64,000 nt of DNA, from contig JAQGDQ010000019.1 in NCBI GenBank assembly GCA_030141605.1, positions 868,001 through 932,000 of the forward strand, given 5' to 3'. Positions within the stretch are counted from its first letter, which is position 1; every line of letters starts with the position of its first letter. The notes under the pieces are model-generated. The model ran no database searches. It saw only the letters and a program-made list of their open reading frames with translations, and was not told the DNA's origin. Position numbers and translations under genes: made by a program. This document shows positions 1 through 10,900 of the stretch, one piece after another. Source of the DNA: Tubiluchus corallicola (Eukaryota; Animalia; Priapulida).

Positions 1-1745
1 GTCTAGTATGTGACAGTCATTTAATACAGGGCGTTCCAAAATGAAAAAGAACGGCAGAAATATGCTGACATCCTGAAATATGTCGACTAGTGATCAAATC
101 ACAAAGAAATGCAGTTAAGTGCTAGGTCAAGTAGTAAAAGGTTTTATAATGCGATTACTACGGCGCTCATAATTTACTGTAGCGCACTTATTGGACGTTG
201 TGTGATACAATATGCAGTGTGCTTTCGTTTTTGTTGTAACACCTGTATTACCAGTCAAGATAAGCTGCCTCCAAGTTCGCTCAAATTAAAGCCCAAACTT
301 GTGAAACTACACAGTTAAATTTTGCACCTAAATGCAGGATGTTTGCCGAAGCGACTAACTTGTGCAACCTACGGTTACTTTACATTATTGTTTGGTATTG
401 TGTGCACTAAAAGGGACAAGCTGGAAGTCTAAACCTCCTCGCAGTCGCTTTGAATAAGATCTGCTGAATTTTAAGCTTGGCAATGCAATGCTAGTTTTAC
501 AGACTGTTATAACAGCTTACACAAATTAAGATTATATGTTGCTATCAATTGCTAATTCTAACAGCTAAAAAATGAAAATGCTGGTACTGTGATAAAATAA
601 CTTAAATGGAACTTTACAATTTGTTATAAGGATGGCTTTCATAACTGCGCCCTAAAATAGTACAAAGGTGTGTAGACCGTTCACACACTTTGCAAATTAC
701 ATGTGTAAATACGGTTGTTTAATAGTCAATACTTCTAAACGCCATGTTCCTTAAAGCTTTTTTGGTTAGCGTTAGGTTTCACAATTTGCAACTGTGGCTG
801 ATCTTGAAAATGTAACACAGTGAACATTTAAACGCATGTGTAATAGTTTTGAGATTTTTCACATGTACTTAACTTAATACTTAAGAGTATCCGGATCAGT
901 AAGGGGTTCTATGCAAGCAGATCACAAACAAAAACTGTTACCAACTTCGAAAAACTGTTAGTAAGATCTTTTCTTATTTGTCATTGTATGATTCAAAAAT
1001 TGCAGACTTTTGTACTTGGTAAAGCCAGCAATAAATTTTGCAACGTCTCAACAGTAGGAAGGAAAATCGAATTAGCTACCAGTCTCTTATCTGTTGCGTT
1101 GAACTTATAGTAAAAAGGTTGCATCGCTTCTGTATTTTTTCGTTCAGTAAACTAATTAAACTATCCTTGGCTTATGGCCTAGTCTATGAATTTCTGCATC
1201 ATGCAGCAAAATAGCCTTCACTAGTCAGTGTGAAATATTCTGATACGATAGCGTTACAATCACTTAAGCAGGTGAGACTGACGGTGAGCAGGGTGTGTTA
1301 CATTGTGCAAATAATATCATATTTAATTCTCTGTGATTGTCATTTTTATGTGTGTTTTAGTACATATGAATAGTTGAAAGTGATTCGCCTAAGTAGTCAT
1401 ATACAAAGCTGTGTTGAAACTTGTTAAAATTCGTATAAATATTGTTTTTGTCTAGAACCCGAAAATAACTGTTATTATTTGTAATAAATTTTGAACAATG
1501 GAATTGCTTCTTTAATACTTTTCAGTTGCACAGCAATTAGATTTTTAATCACGTATTTGTATATTATGACCTTTGTATATTGCTGATATAGTTTTAATGT
1601 CTTTTAGTAAGTTATTATTGTTTACATAAATAAGATGCGTAAGTATATTAAGTGTATTTAGAAAGAGAAAGTTTATAGTCAATTGGTAACATATTTCATT
1701 GCTTATTTTTACTTAAACTGCTTATGTAATTTGCAGGTTAGTCAC

Positions 1746-1919
1746 ATGGCGGCAGCACCTCCTCCGGGTGATCCCCAACCACCTCCAGGGGCAGCAGTAG
1801 ACGGACGAGAATCACCTGTGTGTCTGCTTAATTCTTTACACATCAAACCTCCCATTTCATCACCTCCTCCACCAATACTAAGTCCCGAAGGCATGGAGTG
1901 CTTTGGAAATGAACGTTCT
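1746..1919 (+). CDS. BTB-BACK gene coding exon 1 (Pro-rich N-terminus)
   Basis: Acceptor ttgcag ending at 1736, ATG at 1746, MAAAPPPGDPQPPP..., donor gtaaga at 1920. Confidence 0.75.
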
Positions 1920-4900
1920 GTAAGATTTCCTAAATTAGTCAGTTAAATACTCAGTCAGTCAGCCAATTTGGCAAAATTTTTTAATATGTATTTTATTCAA
2001 CAACTATCACTAAACTAACTGATTTAAAGCCATTGTCTGATTTATCTGAGCCCATTAAATTCATTAGTCAGAAGTGGCACAGCATAAGTTCTTATATTCT
2101 GGATTTAATTTTTCCAGGTTCTAACTGAACAGGCAAAGTTCTACGACAACCCCCTCCTGAGTGATGTTACACTGAGAGTTGGAGATGAGATATTTCATGG
2201 ACATAAATTAATTCTAGTCAGGGCGAGTGAAGTGTTCGAGCGTATGCTAAGCTCTGAATGGAGTGACCCTCGTCTGAAGGTGGAGTCTGTAATTAACGAT
2301 TTTGGAGTTAAGAAATTCTGAAACAATATCTGCAACAAAACTTCGAAGATTTACAGTAGGGTTAATTAGGATTAAATAATGGATTGTTTCTTTTTGATTA
2401 AACCCGTTTGGTCTAAATATATGGTGAAAGAAATCAATGCGTAATGAACACGTTGAAATGAAATATAACGTATAACAAATCAACAGTCAATAAATATTTA
2501 TTCGAAATGTGAAATATTTTATGGTAAACAATTTTTTTGCCACTTATTTGCACAACGCTAGCTTTCTTAATTATATATGCATTGTTTCTTCGGCTATAGG
2601 CACTAGTTTTGCTCGTTTCTGTTCAGATATGCATCTATTCGTTCAACGGATTTTCATTCACTCATTCATTCATTCATTCATTCATTCATTCATTCATTCA
2701 TTCATTCATTCATTCATTCATTTATTCATTTATTCATTTATTCATTCATTCATTCATTCATTTAGTTATTCATTCATTTATTCATTCATTCATTTATTCT
2801 TTCGGTCAATCAATTGCTCGGTCCGTCATTCAGTAGGTCGGTCAGTCAGTTAGTCATCTATTCATTTTTGCTCATTCATTCATTGAATCAATCGTTTACT
2901 CGTTCGTTTATACTGTCTTTTATTCACTCACTTACTCCTTCATTTTCTATTCACCACTGATATAATCATCATTTTCCTTCTTAGCCAGCTTGCACGACAC
3001 TGGGAACATTTTTAGTCGTACCACACCACTGTTTTATGCAGTCTTTAAATTCAACCGCGTCTACCAATATTTAAAGAATTCATCAGAGCACATTATCGTG
3101 CTAGCCATAGTTCGTTTCGAAACACAAGGTAAAAAGTTGCACTTGCCTCCTGAAGCTTAACTTGCTGCAGTAAAACAGCCTTTTTTAATGTCAGTCTTTG
3201 CAAATGCAATTATATTTAATTGAACGTTTTTTAACAACGCAGTCACTTGAACAGCACTCATACAAGCGACTCGCAGTTAAATTGGCGTTGTCTTGTTGTC
3301 ATTTAAAAGTTGACTACCAATTTGCGAACAGTTAAATGGTTGTTTAAAAATGTTTATCTTCACAGGAGTTAAAGCTCGTTGAAGACGATGCCTGTATTGA
3401 AGTATTTCCAAGATTTTTGCGATTTCTTTATGGTTGCCACATCACATTGAACTCTGAGAATGCCCTACCAGTGCTGGTGTTGGCTGATAAGTATAACGTC
3501 AGCGATCTCAGACAGGTAAATAAAGCAGGTGTTAATATAAGTCTTAAACTGCAAGGTATCTTGTAGTTTTATTCTTCTGTAACAACGTTCATAGACATTA
3601 CACATTGCTGTTTATAAGCTTACATACTGTGTATGTTGCAGTTATTATATCCATGACTGTAGACTGATAAATGTGACAAATGACACTTATGACAAATTTG
3701 ATTCAACTATAGGTGTGCATCAATTTTACCTGTGATTACATCATTCCCAAGCTGCAACTAAAGGATGTCTTCCACGTCTGGTTCCAATATGCAACCAAGT
3801 GTTATCATACGAAACTCATCAACGCATGCATAATGGCGCTTGCTGACAAAATGGATGACATTTGCTCTTCTCTTGGTAAGAAATCAGGCAAAAATTAACA
3901 TTTGGTTACATTGCAAATATGAGAGATTTAAACTTATTATAAAGCAACGATTCCACTAATAACGTTGGCGGTGCTGCTTAGCTATAAACGCACTTAGCTA
4001 AAATTCATACATGCTAAAACAATGTGCGTTGCTGTCATATATTCAGTGCATATTTAACCGCCTTAATTTATGGCTGGTATAGACCAATGGTATTAATCTT
4101 TTCAAACCCATGAGACACATTACATATTGTAATCCAGCTCTTCATTTTGCATGGCAAACAAGGAGCGAAACTCGGGGAGTAATGTGTTTTTAGGAAAACA
4201 TACGCAACGACCCAGATGTTCAAGAAACTGAAACGATCTATTTACCATCTTTAAAAAAGGAAAACGCCATCTATTCAAAACCCAAACTGCTTTGCCCAAA
4301 TTTCTGTTTTCAAATGTAGCAACCTCGTCAACCCGTTACCTCAATTTAAACCTGGTATGCGACTTTCTACAAAAGGATCGCAATGCAAAGTCAAATAATT
4401 CCTGTGCAGACTTTGACTGGTATAGCTCGCTGATAGAAACTGCATGGTGCAAAACAGCCTAATTAGCGCCTCTTGATGCTGCTACCCAAAACTCACTTTT
4501 AAAACCAAGCTATTAACATGTGTTGTGGAGAACGCTACATTTTTAAAATTATTTAGCTGGGGCAGATCAAGGCCCTTCAAAGGTCTTTTGAAGGAGCTTT
4601 GGGCACTGGACAGATCTCTTGCCTGAATAAAAACTAAATCTTTGCTAGATAGAAAATTGTGCATCTAGTGAAAGCTAATGCACACAAATTACCCTTCTTC
4701 GTTGTTTAGATTCAATTAAAAGACATTTAAAAGGATCAAAGATGAAGGTCTTTAGGATGAAGGTACTCTTCCCTGGAACAATCTGTAAATTTACAGTGTG
4801 TAAATCACTGTAGAAAAGCAAAAATTATATCCAAAACAATAAAAATTTATTCGCGTTGTTTTTAATTAACATACAAATTAATTAATAGTCTTTCTTTATT

Positions 4901-7900
4901 TTTTAAGAATGGGAACAAGAATGGCTTAATATGGATGAAGATCAACTCATTCATTTTCTGCAAAGCTCTGAGTTAGTCATAAAAGATGAGTACTCTCTTT
5001 GGAAGGCTGTACTGAAGTGGCTTCAGTCTTCAATACACGAGAGTAGGCAAGCTCACCAGGTTTGTATTTATGTACAATGATAGTGGCAGCACTTTCAGAT
5101 TCACTTCATTTCATCAACTAGTTAATCACGTTCACAGATGTCACATTCACAATTTTATTGCATAAGTATACTTTCCTAGTAAGTTAAAAACAAAACAGTG
5201 GCATCCCTGTAAGTTTACAAATTATTCTTGGAGGTCTGAAAGAATCTCAACACCCAAACCGTATCTTATTGGTTACACTACTTGCAAAATTATGAAATAC
5301 GTCGTAGATCCATGCACTATGAATTACAATATTACCATAAAAAAGGTTACCAAAACGTACAGAAACTTATGAAATATGCCATTCTCATACTGTACATATC
5401 GTCACCAGCCTGAAAACCCAAAAATAAAAAACATACTACGTATATATGATACAAAAGCAAGACTAATAGTAATTATTGTATTACCCAGAGGCTACAGCTG
5501 TACATGAATGAAAGATAAAGGTGAAAATAAAGGCTACAGAACCGTATCGCTTAATTTTAGTGTTGTTTAAAGAGCTGTAGGATCATACTACTATTATACA
5601 GCTAAATTATATAGAGTTATAGTCTTACCAATTAAATATCACTCAAAAGCTGTAAGATACAAATGATACAACATTCTTATTAGATAGTACAACTTATATA
5701 ATATAAACTCCGCAGAATCATATTACTGTTAAGCCCAAAATATACGCAAAGATACCATATTCACTAAGGATCACATATATCTGGATAAATGCTAGCGCTG
5801 AATGATTTGTTTTGTTTATTACCAAAAGCTATTTAGAAATACATGTACTATTTACATATATTAAAAGCTACCAAATTATATTATTTCTATGTACCAATAA
5901 CGACTGAACCACGCCACTTATGTAACATGTACCAAAAATGACTGGACCATACTATTTGCGTTGCATCTGACAAAAACAACTGTACCACACTACTTGCATT
6001 CCACTTACAGGAAGCTTTGCTGACGAAGTTGTTGGCTTACATTCGATTTCCCATGATGACTCCAGATCAACTTTGCGAACTTGAAAAGAACAAACTTGTG
6101 GAACAGTACCGTCCAAACGTCATGCCTTATCTAACAACAGCTTATAAATTTCATGCTTTATCTCTGGCAAGTCGTGCAGCTCTAAGCAAAGAATTCTCTA
6201 GTACCAGGTATATATGTAACCGTTTAAAGACACATTATCTTCTATATTCGTTCAATAATAATTCTGATTTCAGAAACTATGACGGTTATGCATGGCATCA
6301 AAATTGTACAGTTATGATTTAATATCCGCGTTACTCATTTTTTCATTAAAAAAGTTGTTCCAATAAATAGGGAGTTAATTTTCTAATGTAGGCAGAGATA
6401 TTTTTATAACTTTCGAGATTAAGCTACATCAGTTATAGGTCTATATTTCAAACTCAAACTTTGGTTTAAATATAGATTTGGCTGGATATCGACTCAACAT
6501 TAACAAAACTTTTGTTTATTGTTACTATTAAATAATAAATACATAAATAATGGTTTCATTAAAAAGTCACACCATAGCAATAAAACTGAATACAAGGTAT
6601 GAATACAACAAAAATAGAAAAAAGAGTCAAAAAGCACATAAAAAGAGACATTGCATTACAACATAAAAATTTGGAGGAATGATATCACAAAGTCAGTAAA
6701 ACAGTTTAAAACCAATTGAGACAATAAATGTTTTACTATAATTTAGAAAGACGTTCCTGTTTATAGTTATAGTTAGATATAGTTCTAATAACATCAAGCA
6801 TTGGTGAACATTTGTAACGTTCTGTTCGCATTTTAGGCTTGACTAATTTATTAAAATTTCGAGTAATATGATTGCTTACACTATGAAGCAGGAAGAAAGT
6901 GTCTGTGGTACATTATAATGTTAGAAGCAAAATTACAGGTTATTTTTTGTCTACGATTAATGTAATTCATCATTACTTAAAGATTAGTAACGTGATCTTT
7001 ACGTAAAATTCAGTTATGTAAAACATCATCATAAGAAATAAAATCTTTGCCGAAAATTATTCGACAAATTCTTTTTGAATTTTTTTCAATACTACCAATT
7101 TGAGTTTGATTTATAGACGAGATCCAAGTAGCAGAAGCGTACTCTAAAACAGGGCGAATATAAGTTATATAGACACATACTAGTATAGATAGTTGGACAC
7201 GTACTAAGTCTGATGCAGTACATCTTTTTAGTACAAAAACCATGAAAATTCGTTTACCTGCTTTAGCAGTAATGTTTTCAATTTGGTGGTCCCACTTAAG
7301 ATTGTTTTGAAGTTCGATATCCAATATTGTAGTATATACAGTATAATTATATATATGAACTGTAAGGGAGAACTTAAATGAACAAACAGCGCTTAATATG
7401 TGCTTTTGAGCAATTTTTGTTGGAACAAAGAAACTGTGTTTTGGAACAGGGTAAAATGGGGCAATATCGGACAAAATTGGCTTTTTTCAGGATTCGATCT
7501 CCATTTTTACATTTTTTTGGAATAATGTCTGATAAACTAAAACTATATTGTTGAGGAATCTGGGAAAACGGGAAAGCAGATGGCTGCACAAAATGTAGAA
7601 AATGTAAAATAACTAAACACTTTCCTACGTCATTGAAAAAAAAGGGTAATGTCGAACACTTGCAGGTAATGTCGAACAGTTCTGATGGATAAAGTCGGAC
7701 ATAATTAACGCCAAACGAACAACTTTGTGGTTATGCTACTAAAGGTTTTAAAATTTTGCAAAGAGATATTTTAAAGAGATTGAAGAGAGATTTTAAAGAG
7801 ATTGCTCAGTGACGACATGAGAGAAATGTTATTGATCGCCCACGTAAGCAAGAAAAATAAGTTTTTTGCTCGACGTTGTTATTTGTTTATAGCCGCCGAA

Positions 7901-10900
7901 AATAACACAGCATACTAACATGAATACGGTTTCACGCAAATCTGCAAATGTGATACATTTTCACTTCTGCTTAATTTCTGAAATCACCGTCTCCCCCTTG
8001 AGTACCCTCTGTGGAATCAATTAGATCAGCTTGACAAGTTTTTGTTACGTAGTCTGGTTTTATACGCCAGAACACCTTAATTGTGTTGTACAAGCATTTT
8101 ATCTTGTGTTATAGACTTTGAGAATATTGTCTTTTGAAATTGATCATTTGTTATCTAAATTTTGTATTAGATTAGTAATATTTTCATTTGCCACTTTTTT
8201 AAAGGCATAAAAGCTTGCATAATTTGCGCCATGTAAAAACTCTACTAAGGCTGTGTATATGCGTTCGCCAGTGTGTGAGTGAGTGAGTGAGTGCGTGCGT
8301 GTGGATTAGGTTAGATTTGATCACAGATTGCATTTGATAAGAGCTCCACTGCGGAAGTTTTCCTCTTTTTGCTGTCTTATTCTTTAAGTTACTTATATTT
8401 GCAGCTTTTTTTCTTCCTAGCCGTTTCGATAACGGTTTCCTCTCTATGTTTTAAGACGATTAAGATCATGTTATTTTTACATTTTGACCCACTGGCCAAA
8501 AATCCATGTTATTTACCTACAAAAGGAATTAATTCAGGCTAAAGTTGGACACAAAAATTCAATTGTCCGACATTAGCCTAGGCCTTCGGGTAAAGTCGGA
8601 CACTACTTCAGTGAGTTGTATAATAAACAAATAAATATGGTGTTTTACAAAGTGAGGCATGAAAGCATCGGGAAGAAGTAACTTACAAAATAAACCATTT
8701 CTGAAGAGGGTGCTCCAAATAATTATTCGTTAGGTCTGTTTATCAGAAAATCAAAAAAAAGTTAATGCGATTAAGAATAAACAAACTCACTGAGCGAGCT
8801 TGAATGTTTACGACTATACGACTGCCAGAAGACAAACTACTACACAATGGTGAATGATGTGATGTGTCAATATTAACAATGAAAGAAAAAACAGCGTCCC
8901 AACTTCCAGGTAATTTAATGGGTTTTAGGAAAACGTAAAACTCATTATCCGACATTAGCCCATGCCCGACATTTCCCTATTTGGCCTTACATGTAAATTA
9001 TACGACTGTTGTTATCAAAAAATGTGTTTTTTTATAGTTTTCTACTTCGTAACTACACTGAACTCCGATGGGACAGGCGCATTACTATTCGTAACTATTC
9101 TCAGCTACATCGGTGCTGTGAGGTGGTGGTTCGACTCAACACAAGGTCTTCTTCTTTTCCTTCTCAGAATTGGGATTGGGAACTAAAGGTGCGCCTTTGT
9201 GGAGAAATAAAATTAGATTTGGCGAATTATTTATTTGGGCTACTCGTGTTTCTCGTTGTCTTGTACAGACATACAATAATATGTACAGCAATTTACAATA
9301 TATGTTATACTATAGCTATACAATAATACTCTAAAACTTTATTAGGACAAAAAGTGAACTTTTTTAAGGTTTACACGTATAACAAAACCCTCTGCTAAGT
9401 GGCAAACGACGAGTAATTATAGCGCAGAACAATTTATTACAACACTCTATTGCTGAATCAATAAAGAATCTTTCATTCATGCCCCCACATACGTCACCAG
9501 GATATGATCAGAAAAGATCGAACTAAATGGCTAGGCAATTAACGCACCTCAGCCTCGCCCAACACATTTGGAGCTATCCTGAAAGTCTTAGAAGCGGCTA
9601 AAATGATCCAAGAACATATTATTTATCGTTATTCAAGAAACAAGTTTACGAGGCACATGCAAGATGTATTAGAGGATCCTGAATTCCCGAGTTCGACAGT
9701 AACCTGCTCAAATTTCCGACCATGCCTCTGCGGAGACGCACGAGGCTTCCACACACTAAATGTGGAGGACATGATAGATCTGTTAATATTAATAAAATAC
9801 ATTGTTCGCTACTATTACACGTTCATTTTTTGCCACTCCAGCAGAAGGTTATATTACACCCTGTATAGAATAATTTGGCATAGTATACGACATAAGAATT
9901 GTAGATGTCATATTAGCTGCATAATTTCACGTGTGTCTATGTCAGGTATTTTTTAGGTTAATTAAACGAAAATGTTATTAACACTTACCTTTTCTCGAGC
10001 TCAACAGTATTTAGTTAGTTTTTAACACAACAAATAAATTGAAAATTTGAAACGTATCTTAAGACACTTGAGTTTTAGCAGTCGAGATGGCAGAAAAGAT
10101 GAAATAACGGCCTGTCCATTAAAGTAACTTACACTGATTTTTAGCCTACACGCCCAAGGCCAGTCTGTTATTTGAAAATTAACTTTCTGTTCCTTAGCTG
10201 TACTGAATTTTGAAATGTACGTTTTCAATTTACAGGTATTTCCGAAAGGCTATTCATCGTCGAATGAAGATTTCCGCTGTCTCCTATATTCAAACGTAAT
10301 CCTGGATCAGCCACGAGCAGTGGAGTTCATGTTGTCAGTCGTGGATGACGCAAGAATCTTGCGTACGGTAAGACTTAAATTGGACAGTACCTCAAACATT
10401 TTCCAAAACAGCACTTGTCCGAAACCTGACTAATCTTCATTAAATTTTGGCAATCGAAACAAACTGGGACGCTATTGGTGGTCATATTACTTCATGGTTG
10501 CACTGTTAATGCAAATCAAAATATTAACTTTAAAATGTAATTTTATTATGTTCTGCCTGAAATGAAAAAAATGTTATATAGTTGCCATATAACTGTTTTC
10601 AGAAAAAAATTAAAACCATAAAAGCAGCATTTGCAATCGAAACTGAAACTCCCGGTATTTTGTTGGTTAAAAAGGAATAAGGAGAGGTGTGGCACTTGAT
10701 GCACCACTTGTATTTTATTTAAAACACACTTCTGTTCAATTTGATGCTGCTGTTTTATACATTGTTAATTACAATCACAATTTTCGTGCAAAAGTGGATT
10801 AGCAAACTTGATATACACACATTTTTACACATTACCAGTCCTTTAAACTTCCAATATTTCTGTACAAGTCTAGTACATCTGAATTTGCTAATGAGGACTT

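Noticed and set aside
1180-1277. Possible 5' UTR exon of the BTB gene (donor cag|gtgaga at 1272)
   Set aside because: Plausible, because coding exon 1 has an acceptor at 1736, but it cannot be supported without transcript data
2509-2853. HSFI-repeat ORFs
   Set aside because: Translation of (TTCA)n within a BTB-gene intron
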